A stretch of DNA of 64,000 nt, from the NCBI GenBank assembly GCA_965209115.1, contig CBDBQD010000001.1, positions 843,154 through 907,153 on the forward strand. Direction: 5' to 3'. The position numbers were made by a program, and so were the translations under genes. The notes under the pieces were generated by a model. The model searched no databases. It worked only from the letters and a program-made list of their open reading frames with translations, and was not told where the DNA came from. Positions 56,042-64,000 of the stretch are shown one piece after another. This DNA is from Acidimicrobiales bacterium (GTDB lineage Bacteria > Actinomycetota > Acidimicrobiia > Acidimicrobiales > CATQHL01). Position 1 is the first letter of the stretch, and each line of letters opens with the position of its first letter.

Positions 56042-59000
56042 ATGGCCGAGCGCGGGGCATGCAGGTCGCTGTCGGGGCGGGTCGTCGGGCCGGCGGCGCG
56101 GAGTCCCCTCCCCCCCCTTACTTTGTTGGCGCGCCGGGCTGCGAGGCGTGGCGGGCTGTCGGGGCTCGCGCTGGTGCTGCTGGCGGCGACGCTGGTGGCG
56201 CTGCCCGCTGATCGGGCCGGCGCGCAGCAGACGCAGACCTTCGTCGCCAACACCGGCCAGAGTGGCCTTGCTGGGACACATTTGGAATATGATTTCGCCC
56301 AGGCGTTCACGACCGGCTCCAACAGCGGGGGCTACAGCCTGCGCAGCGTCGGCGTGGATTTCGCCACCATCGACAGCGCCTTCAGCTCTTCGTCCCTCAC
56401 CGCCAGGATCCACGCCGACTCCGGCGGGTCTCCGGGCAGCTCGCTGGGGACCCTGACCAACCCCGCCAGCTTTCCCGCCTCCAGCTCGGACCAGACGCTG
56501 ACCTTCACGAGCAGCGCGGGCATCGACCTTGAGGCGAACACCACGTACTTCGTGTTGATCGATCTAAGCAGTGCCGAGTCTACTTCGGTGATACGCCTAA
56601 CGGGTTCGGACGGCGAGGACAGCGGGGGCCAGGCCGGCTGGAGCATCGGCAACGGTTTCTCGAGACGAGCATGGAACACAACAGGCGCGTGGACCACCTT
56701 CACGTCATCACTGAAACTCAGCCTCGGCGGCGTCAGCAAGCCCTTCCTGGTGAGCAACTCCGGGCAGGCGAACGGCGGCACCGGCAACTTCGTGCAGCAC
56801 GACCACGCCCAGGCGTTCACGACGGGCGCCAACGCCGGCGGGTACACCCTGACGGGCGTCGACTTCTCGTTTCCGCAAATCAACGACGGCGGGCTGGCGG
56901 GGAAGCTGACTGCCGAGATCAGAAGCGACAGCAGCGGAGCGCCGGGCGCGGTGGTCGCCACCCTGACCAAGCCCGGCACGATCGCCGCCGGCACGAACAG
57001 CTTCACGCACTCGGGCGTGGCGCTCGCGGCGAACACCACGTACTGGGCGGTGCTGGACGTCACCCTGGTCCTGCAGCCCGGCGCCAACACCATCCAGAAC
57101 ACCGCGTCGGACGCCGAGGACGCCGGCGGCGCGGACGGCTGGACCATCGCCGACGATGGCCACTACCGGACCTGGAACACCTCGGGCGCCTGGACCTCCT
57201 TCAGCCAGTCCCGCAAGATGACCATCCACGGCACGGCCGTCGAGACCGTCGAGACGGAGACCTTCGTCGCCAACACCGGCCAGGCGGACGGAGGCACCTC
57301 GTTTCTGGGCAATGACTTCCACCAGGCCTTCACCACCGGCTCCAACAGCTTCGGCTACAGCCTGCACAGCGTCGACGTGGAGTTCTCCACCATCGACAGC
57401 GCCTTCAGTTCCTCGGCGCTGACCGCCAGCATCCACGCCGCCTCCGGCGGGTCTCCGGGCAGCTCGCTGGGGACCCTGACCAACCCCGCCAGCTTCCCCG
57501 CCTCCACCTCGGACCAGACGCTGACCTTCACCAGCAGCGCGGGCATCGACCTCGAGGGGAGCACCACCTACTTCCTCGTGATCGACATGGGCGCCGGCCA
57601 GGGTTCTTCGAGGGTACGCCTGACGGGTTCGGACGCCGAGGACGGCGGGGGCCTGGCCGGCTGGAGCATCGCCGACGGCGCTGGGACGAGAACGGCTTCC
57701 TCGACGGGCTCGTGGACCCCCAACGTATCGTCACTGAAGATCAGCCTCGACGGCGTCAGCAAGCCGGAGCCGCCGCGGGTGAGCATCCTTGGCGACGGCG
57801 CCGTCACCGAGGGCGTCAGCGCCAGCTTCACGCTGAGGGCGGTCCCGGCGCCCACGGCAGACCTGCCGGTGAGCGTGACGGTGACCACGACCGGCGACTT
57901 CGGCTTCGGCGCGCTGCCCACCAGCGTCACCATCCCGGCCTCGGGCACCGCGACGCTGGAGATCCCCACCACCAACGACGACGTGGACGAGGCCCACGGC
58001 TCGGTCACGGTGACGCTGGTGGACGGGTCGGACTACGACCTGGCCACGTCGCTGGGGACGGCGACGGTCCGGGTGCGCGACGACGACCCGGCGCTGGTGA
58101 AGAACACCGGTCAGTCGAGCGGCCTGGTGCAGGGCCTGCACGTGGACCTGGCGCAGGGTTTCGACACCGGCGGCAACCCCTCGGGGTACACCCTGACCAG
58201 CGTGGACGTGGCCTTCAGGCGGTCCACCGAGGACTTCGGTTCCAAGCTGACGGTCACCGTCCACAAAGGTGCCAACGGGGCGCCCGGCACGGTCGTGGGG
58301 ACCCTGGACAATCCCGCCTTCGTGAACCGGCAGGCCGGCACGTACAGCTTCACGCACCCGGGCGTCGCGCTCGAGGCGGACACCCGCTACTGGGTCGTGC
58401 TGGACGCAGCCGGACTCACGGAAGGAAACAGCCAGGTAAAATTCACGCAGAGCAACTCCGAGGACGAGGGCGCCGCGCCCGGCTGGAGCATCAACAACGA
58501 CGCTCGCATCCGCGCGCAGGGGGGCGGCAACTGGATCACCCTCGTCGGCGGCTCCACTCTGTCGATGGGAGTCAACGGCCGGCTGCTGCCCCACGCGGAC
58601 GGCTCCTACACCGTGCCCTTCGACTGGCCGCTGAAGCCGCTCGGTCTGGGCGCCGGCGAGACGTTCCGGCTGCTGTTCATGACCGAAGACCACCGCGACG
58701 CCACCGCCGCCGACATCGGCGTCTACGACGCCCACGTGCGGGAGGCCGCCCGCGACGGGCACGCCGACATCCGGCGCTACGCCGACCACTTCCGGGTGGT
58801 CGGCTCCACCGCCGCGGTGGACGCCCGCGACCACACCCGGACCAACCCCAACAACGCCGGGCACACGGACGCGGAGGTCTGGTGGCTGAACGGCGAGCGC
58901 GTCGCGGCGAACAACGCCGGCTTCTGGTCCGACACCTGGGAGAACTGGGCGATGGCGGACCGCCGCTTCGAGAGCGGCGAGAGGAGCACCTCGAACGACT

Positions 59001-62000
59001 GGCCGTGGACCGGCACCCGCACCGACGGTAGGAAGGAGGCGAACCCTCTGGGCGCCAGCAACGCCCGGCGCGGACGGTTCTCGACCACCGACGCGGACAC
59101 CGGCCCCATCAGCTACAACACCATCGCCAGCACCCAGGACCACGCGTTCTACGGCATCTCGCCCCTGTTCCGGGTCGAGCCCACGCCGGTGAACGCGCCG
59201 CCCGGTGAGCCGGCGGTGATGAGCAACCTCGGCCAGGCCGACGGCGCGGCGTTGACTGTGACGACTGCCGGTACCGTGCGTGACCGCGCGCAGTCGTTCA
59301 CGACGGGCAAGAACGGCGGCCACTACCGCCTCAACAGCGTCGACGTCGAGTTCGCCGAGATCGGCGACGCCGACGCCGCCCGTGATCTGAGGGTACAGAT
59401 CTGGGCCGGCTCCGGCGGCTCGCCGGGCAGTACCGCCGCCGACGTCCTCGCCGACCTGGCGCGCCCCTCCATGCCGGTGGGCAGCAGCGACCAGACCTTC
59501 ACCTTCACCTACCAGGGCGACGACGGTTCGGGGCTGCGGCTGGAGCCGAACACCACCTACTGGGTGTATGTGTACGACGCGTCCGTGCAGCCCAACAGCA
59601 CGTACACCCTTCGCGCCACCGCGTCGAACTCCGAGCGCCTGCAGGGCCTGCGCCTGCCCGAGGGCTGGAGCATCGGCGACGGCCACAGTTCCTGGTCGCT
59701 CTACCCCAACCCCGCCGTCTCCTGGAGCACCCACTCCGAGGCGCTCAAGATCGGCCTGAACCTGGGGGCCGCCGACGCCTTCGTGCAGTTCCGCACCTGC
59801 GCGGGCACGGTCTCGGGCAACGACTGCGACACCGGCTGGGTGGTCGCCAACTACAACAGGCACGACCCGCCGCCCACGATCACGCTGACCGAGGGCGGCC
59901 CGGCGGTGACCTACCAGTGGCAGGCGGTGGACCCCCACCAGCGCCGGCACTTCTACGTCGCCAGCCAGGTGGCTGAGCCGCTCAGCCACCACGGCGGCTA
60001 CATCGGGCCGGGCCAACCGGACCGCGACCGGCTGATGTGCCACACCGGGAGCCGCAGCCCCTACAACCTGGGCGACCCCATCGTCGACGGGCTTCGCCGG
60101 GACGGGATCAACTTCGGTTACGGCAGCACCGCCGGCCCGCTGCTGGACCGCCACGACGGCTGCCCCTTCTCGTCGCAGTCCGTCTACGAGGGCGACGCCA
60201 ACAAGTGGCGCCCGGTGAGCCTCGCCGCCGGCCAGGACAGCGACGCCTTCGACCACGGGACGTTCCTGATCCACCGGCCCCACGCCGTCGGCCACAACTT
60301 CTATGAGAATGGCGTGCTGTACCAGGTGAAAGGCTTCGACTACCCCGAGGTGCGGGTGCCGCTCATCATCCGCGACGACGACGAGTGGGAGCAGACCCTG
60401 GAGTTCTCCATCGACGACGGGACCACCTGGACGTCCATCGAGGACGGCGGGCTCAATCTGGCCTTCCCGGCCTCGCTGAACACGGGGCGCAAGGCGCACT
60501 ACTTCTGGGTGCGGACGAAGAACGACCCGCCGGCGGACCAGGACAAGCGCTTCTCCATCAGCGCCGACTTCGCCAAGCCGCTGTTGCGGAGCGGCACGTC
60601 GGAGTACTTCCGGTCCCACCGGGTCTGGTTCACCAGCCCCGCCGCCTCGCACCTGCACTCCTTCCGCGCTTACGACGGGCCCGCCGTCAGCGCCGGCTCG
60701 GTCACGGTCAGCCGCACGCCGATCCAGGTCGAGATCCACGTCGGCGCCAACGTGGTCGGCAACGTGACCTTCCAGGTCGAGGCCTACAAGCTGTACGAGC
60801 GCAGCGACAACCAGATCTCGACGGAGACGCCGCCGAAGACGGTGCGCACCGACAGCTTCAGCTTCCACCGCACGCTGGGCTCCTGCGTGGGCTGCCAGCG
60901 GCTGCTGGGCGAGCTGCCCGACCCGGTGGTGGAGCGCGTGGGCGACCTGAGCTACGCCAACCTCTCCGACACGGGCATCGACTTGAGCTGGCCGCGGGTG
61001 GTCGGCGCCGAGGGCTACGAGGTGCGCTACTGGTCCACCACGTCGCCCTTCCCCGGCGTCCCCGCCGACGAGGCCTGGTTCGGGGCCGAGCCCAACGACC
61101 CGGCCTCGAACATCCGCCACCTGGAGCCGGACACCGAGTACCGGGCGGTGGTCTACTACCAGGACCACGGCGCGACCCAGCTGAGCACCGCCAGCCCGGT
61201 GATTCGCTTCACCACGCTTGCGGCGGGCTCGCCCGTGCAGGCGGAGCCCACGTCGGTGATCGTGGAGCGGGTGCCGGAGGTGTCGATCAGCGCCGCCGCC
61301 GGGACCATCACCGAGGGCGAGGACGCGGTCTACACGGTCACCGTGGACCCCGCGCCCGACGCGCCGCTGGACGTCAGGGTGAGCGTGGTCGGCCCATCCG
61401 TGGTCGCCGCCCAGCACCTGGGCGAGCGCACGGTCAACGTGCCCACCGGCGGCAGCGCCACCTTCACCATCCCCACCGTCGACGACACCAGTTGGGGCTC
61501 CAACGGGATGCTCGGCGCGACGGTGCAGTTCGGCGAGGGCTACCGGCTGAACAAGTTCAAGAGCTACGCCAGCGTCTACGTCGCCAACAACGACCTGCCG
61601 CCGCCGCCGCCGGTCCAGCTCAAGCGCGTCTCCGACACGACGGCGACCGTCGCCTGGAAGCCGCAGGGGGACGGCGCGTCCTACCTGGTCGTCTGGCACG
61701 AGAGCTTCACGGGCATCCCGGTGTTGACGGAAGTCACGACCACCGCGACCGAGCACCAGCTCACCGGCCTGAAGCCCCGGTCGCAATACGTGGTCTCCGT
61801 CCTTCACGGGACGAACCAGCTGGACAAGATCACAGTGCGGACCCTCGCCGCCGGCGCGACGCCGAAGACCTTCACGGTGGACTTCGAGACGCCCGCGCCC
61901 AACACGTCCGTGCCGCTGATCAGCGTGACCGCCGACGGCAACGTGGCCGAGGGCGGGGACGCCACCTTCACGGTCAGCGCCGACCCGGCCCCGGCTGAGG

Positions 62001-64000
62001 ACCTGGACGTGAGCGTCACGGTGTCGCAGAGCGACGACTCCGGGATATCCATAGGACAGCAGACGGTGACCATCCCGACTGCGGGCTACGCCACGCTGAC
62101 GGTGGCCACCACCAACGACGAGGTGGACGAGGCCGACGGATCGGTCACGGTCACCATCGACGCCAGCGACAACCTCGACTACCGGGTGTCCTCGTCCCAG
62201 GGGACGGCCATCGTGGTCGTGTCCGACGACGACGGCGGCTACACCGTCAACCAGGGAACGATCGCCAGGGTCAAGGATCTGGCGTCGCAGACGCACAACG
62301 GCGCGGCCCACGTGAACCGCTGGAACCGGGTGCTGCTGGCCTTCGGCGAGCACGACGGCACCGGCGTCACCGGCGGCCCGATGACCGCCGCCGAGGCGCA
62401 GGACATGGCCGACCGCCACAGCAGCCCCGTCTGGGACCTCGTCGTCGCCGAGCTGACGGCCCTCGAAGCGGCGCAGAACGCCCCGCCGCCGCCCACGCCT
62501 GAGGTGAGCGTCACCGCGGGCAGCGGGGTGACCGAGGGCGGCGACGCCACCTTCACGGTGACGGCCAGCCCGGCCCCGGCTGCGGACCTGGACGTGAGCG
62601 TGACGGTGTCGCAGAGCGGCGACTTCGGCGCGACCACGGGCCAGCGGACGGTGACCATCCCGACCACGGGCAGCGTCACCCTCACCGTGGGCACCACGGA
62701 CGACAGTACGGACGAGACCGACGGCTCGGTCACCGCAACGGCGAACGCGGGCAGCGACTACACGGTGTCGTCCACCCAGGGGGCGGCCACGGTGTCGGTG
62801 TCGGACAACGACGACGCGCCCACGCCGGTGGTGAGCGTCACCGCCGCCGCAGGCGGCACCGAGGGCGACCCCGTGACCTTCACGCTGACGGCCAACCCGG
62901 CCCCGGCCGCGGATCTGGCGGTGAGCGTCACGGTCGCCACCACCGGCGACTTCGGGTACGGGACGCTGCCCGCCAGCGTCACCATCCCGGCGTCGGGCAG
63001 CGCCACGGTGACCATCGCCACCACCGACGACGACGTCGACGAGGCCGACGGATCGGTCACCCTCACCGTCGACGCGGCCAGCGGCTACACGGTCGGCGCG
63101 CCGTCCACGGAGACGGTGAGCGTCACCGACGACGACGAACAGGTCGAGGAGCAGACGGGCTACACGGTCGACCCGGACGTGGTCGCCAGCGTCCAGGCGC
63201 TGGCCGCGCAGACCCAGCACGGCACGGCCCACGTGAACCGCTGGAACCGGGTGCTCGTCGCCTTCGGCGAGCACGACGGGACCGGCGTCACGGGCGGCGC
63301 GATGACGGCGTCGGAGGCGCAGGACATGGCGGACCGCCACAGCAGCCCCGTCTGGGACCAGGTGGTGACCGAGCTGACGGCGCTGGAAGCGGCGTCAACG
63401 CAGACGCCGCCGCCGCCCACGCCTGAGGTGAGCATCACCGCGGGCAGCGGGGTGACCGAGGGCGGCGACGCCACCTTCACGGTGACGGCCAGCCCGGCCC
63501 CGGCGGCCAACCTGGCGGTGAGCGTCACGGTCACGCAGAGCGGCGACTACGGCGCCACCACGGGCCGGCGCACGGTGACGATCCCGGCCTCGGGCAGCGT
63601 CACCCTGACGGTGGGCACCACCGACGACCAGGCGGACGAGTCCGACGGCTCGGTCACGGCCACGGTGAACGCGGGCAGCGGCTACACCGTGGCCTCGTCG
63701 CAGGGCGCGGCCACGGTCAGCGTGGCCGACGACGACGACGCGCCGGTCGTGGTTCCGGTGGTGAGCATCACCGCCGGCGGGGGCGTCACCGAGGGCGGCA
63801 CGGCGACCTTCACGCTGAGCGCCGGCCCGGCGCCGGCGGCGGACCTCGCCGTCACGGTCACGATCGCGACGGAAGGCGACTACGGCGTCACGGCCGGTTC
63901 GCGCACGGTCACGATCCCGGCATCGGGCAGCGCCACGCTCACGATCGCCACGACCGGCGACCAGACCGACGAAGCCGACGGCTCGGTGACGGCGACGCTG
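56042..64000 (+). CDS. Giant secreted multi-repeat protein (surface/adhesin-like), 3' end beyond the window; NOT in the supplied ORF track
   Basis: The frame with codon starts congruent to 2 mod 3 is open from TGA 55952-55954 to nt 64000. ATG 56042 is preceded by AGGAGG (56029-56034). N-terminus MAERG...RRAARRGGLSGLALVLLAATLVALPADRAGA|QQ is a signal peptide. 2653 codons lie inside the window, with the recognisable domain repeats listed in the findings. Confidence 0.85.
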   Translation, partial: MAERGACRSLSGRVVGPAARSPLPPLTLLARRAARRGGLSGLALVLLAATLVALPADRAGAQQTQTFVANTGQSGLAGTHLEYDFAQAFTTGSNSGGYSLRSVGVDFATIDSAFSSSSLTARIHADSGGSPGSSLGTLTNPASFPASSSDQTLTFTSSAGIDLEANTTYFVLIDLSSAESTSVIRLTGSDGEDSGGQAGWSIGNGFSRRAWNTTGAWTTFTSSLKLSLGGVSKPFLVSNSGQANGGTGNFVQHDHAQAFTTGANAGGYTLTGVDFSFPQINDGGLAGKLTAEIRSDSSGAPGAVVATLTKPGTIAAGTNSFTHSGVALAANTTYWAVLDVTLVLQPGANTIQNTASDAEDAGGADGWTIADDGHYRTWNTSGAWTSFSQSRKMTIHGTAVETVETETFVANTGQADGGTSFLGNDFHQAFTTGSNSFGYSLHSVDVEFSTIDSAFSSSALTASIHAASGGSPGSSLGTLTNPASFPASTSDQTLTFTSSAGIDLEGSTTYFLVIDMGAGQGSSRVRLTGSDAEDGGGLAGWSIADGAGTRTASSTGSWTPNVSSLKISLDGVSKPEPPRVSILGDGAVTEGVSASFTLRAVPAPTADLPVSVTVTTTGDFGFGALPTSVTIPASGTATLEIPTTNDDVDEAHGSVTVTLVDGSDYDLATSLGTATVRVRDDDPALVKNTGQSSGLVQGLHVDLAQGFDTGGNPSGYTLTSVDVAFRRSTEDFGSKLTVTVHKGANGAPGTVVGTLDNPAFVNRQAGTYSFTHPGVALEADTRYWVVLDAAGLTEGNSQVKFTQSNSEDEGAAPGWSINNDARIRAQGGGNWITLVGGSTLSMGVNGRLLPHADGSYTVPFDWPLKPLGLGAGETFRLLFMTEDHRDATAADIGVYDAHVREAARDGHADIRRYADHFRVVGSTAAVDARDHTRTNPNNAGHTDAEVWWLNGERVAANNAGFWSDTWENWAMADRRFESGERSTSNDWPWTGTRTDGRKEANPLGASNARRGRFSTTDADTGPISYNTIASTQDHAFYGISPLFRVEPTPVNAPPGEPAVMSNLGQADGAALTVTTAGTVRDRAQSFTTGKNGGHYRLNSVDVEFAEIGDADAARDLRVQIWAGSGGSPGSTAADVLADLARPSMPVGSSDQTFTFTYQGDDGSGLRLEPNTTYWVYVYDASVQPNSTYTLRATASNSERLQGLRLPEGWSIGDGHSSWSLYPNPAVSWSTHSEALKIGLNLGAADAFVQFRTCAGTVSGNDCDTGWVVANYNRHDPPPTITLTEGGPAVTYQWQAVDPHQRRHFYVASQVAEPLSHHGGYIGPGQPDRDRLMCHTGSRSPYNLGDPIVDGLRRDGINFGYGSTAGPLLDRHDGCPFSSQSVYEGDANKWRPVSLAAGQDSDAFDHGTFLIHRPHAVGHNFYENGVLYQVKGFDYPEVRVPLIIRDDDEWEQTLEFSIDDGTTWTSIEDGGLNLAFPASLNTGRKAHYFWVRTKNDPPADQDKRFSISADFAKPLLRSGTSEYFRSHRVWFTSPAASHLHSFRAYDGPAVSAGSVTVSRTPIQVEIHVGANVVGNVTFQVEAYKLYERSDNQISTETPPKTVRTDSFSFHRTLGSCVGCQRLLGELPDPVVERVGDLSYANLSDTGIDLSWPRVVGAEGYEVRYWSTTSPFPGVPADEAWFGAEPNDPASNIRHLEPDTEYRAVVYYQDHGATQLSTASPVIRFTTLAAGSPVQAEPTSVIVERVPEVSISAAAGTITEGEDAVYTVTVDPAPDAPLDVRVSVVGPSVVAAQHLGERTVNVPTGGSATFTIPTVDDTSWGSNGMLGATVQFGEGYRLNKFKSYASVYVANNDLPPPPPVQLKRVSDTTATVAWKPQGDGASYLVVWHESFTGIPVLTEVTTTATEHQLTGLKPRSQYVVSVLHGTNQLDKITVRTLAAGATPKTFTVDFETPAPNTSVPLISVTADGNVAEGGDATFTVSADPAPAEDLDVSVTVSQSDDSGISIGQQTVTIPTAGYATLTVATTNDEVDEADGSVTVTIDASDNLDYRVSSSQGTAIVVVSDDDGGYTVNQGTIARVKDLASQTHNGAAHVNRWNRVLLAFGEHDGTGVTGGPMTAAEAQDMADRHSSPVWDLVVAELTALEAAQNAPPPPTPEVSVTAGSGVTEGGDATFTVTASPAPAADLDVSVTVSQSGDFGATTGQRTVTIPTTGSVTLTVGTTDDSTDETDGSVTATANAGSDYTVSSTQGAATVSVSDNDDAPTPVVSVTAAAGGTEGDPVTFTLTANPAPAADLAVSVTVATTGDFGYGTLPASVTIPASGSATVTIATTDDDVDEADGSVTLTVDAASGYTVGAPSTETVSVTDDDEQVEEQTGYTVDPDVVASVQALAAQTQHGTAHVNRWNRVLVAFGEHDGTGVTGGAMTASEAQDMADRHSSPVWDQVVTELTALEAASTQTPPPPTPEVSITAGSGVTEGGDATFTVTASPAPAANLAVSVTVTQSGDYGATTGRRTVTIPASGSVTLTVGTTDDQADESDGSVTATVNAGSGYTVASSQGAATVSVADDDDAPVVVPVVSITAGGGVTEGGTATFTLSAGPAPAADLAVTVTIATEGDYGVTAGSRTVTIPASGSATLTIATTGDQTDEADGSVTATL
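62233..64000 (+). repeat. ~921-bp intragenic super-repeat (helical module + two Calx-beta-like repeats), about 1.9 copies before the window ends
   Basis: The anchor cacgtgaaccgctggaaccgg occurs at 62309 and 63230. Long stretches after each anchor are near-identical (for example ...gcgggcagcggggtgaccgagggcggcgacgccaccttcacggtgacggccagcccggccccggc...). Confidence 0.85.

Noticed and set aside
55743-56322. Small ORFs in the giant-gene upstream region (55743-55976 +, 55795-56322 -)
   Set aside because: Low-complexity Arg/Pro/Gly translations with no RBS. The minus ORF overlaps the giant gene's signal-peptide region antisense.
57731-63340. 1869-aa minus-strand ORF, the longest entry in the track
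   Set aside because: Its translation is Arg/Gly/His/Val-rich nonsense (RLRRRHRAARDAG...) with no domain logic. It is the antisense shadow of the + strand giant gene, whose frame gives clean repeat domains, FN3 domains, a signal peptide and an RBS.

Overview
64-kb, very GC-rich (actinobacterial-type) chromosomal window, read on both strands. No database search or computation was possible; all calls rest on hand translation, the ORF track and remembered family motifs.

Contents:
(i) 1-11.5 kb: a redox and transport neighbourhood. It holds a split mycofactocin locus: precursor mftA ending IDGMCGVY at 10498-10659, a divergent glycosyltransferase mftF and a mycofactocin-type SDR. Nearby are a GMC oxidoreductase fragment, a Zn-ADH, an ALDH and an amidase. 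A ribose-type ABC importer is also here; its binding lipoprotein has a ~215-aa Ala-rich tether and a frameshift.
(ii) 11.5-17 kb: secreted unknown proteins, a DMT transporter and a beta-propeller lipoprotein.
(iii) 17.2-23.8 kb: an initiator tRNA-Met followed by a ~6.4-kb, visibly lower-GC island. The island is bounded by a perfect 44-bp direct repeat of the tRNA 3' half. It carries an HTH gene, a fused M/S N6-adenine methyltransferase and a frameshifted restriction endonuclease, but no integrase. An AbiEi/AbiEii pair lies just outside it.
(iv) 25.4-39.2 kb: a P450, an ankyrin protein and a nine-gene translationally coupled purine operon (PurS-PurS-PurL fusion, purQ, C, E, K, F, D, M, N). The operon is interrupted by a 14 x 18-bp minisatellite fused to a REP-like hairpin.
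(v) 39.2-48.2 kb: catabolic genes plus a Liv-type ABC importer.
(vi) 50-55.7 kb: adenosylhomocysteinase, three tandem near-identical Uma2 endonuclease paralogues with length-variable heptad tails, and vapBC.
(vii) 56042 to the window end: a >2650-codon open frame on the + strand that is absent from the supplied ORF track because it has no stop inside the window. It encodes a secreted giant repeat protein with five copies of an unassigned ~170-aa domain, at least seven Calx-beta-like repeats, two FN3 domains and an unrecognised helical module.

Most worth follow-up: the giant gene, the split mycofactocin locus, the integrase-less tRNA island and the in-frame minisatellite bridge ORF in the pur operon.
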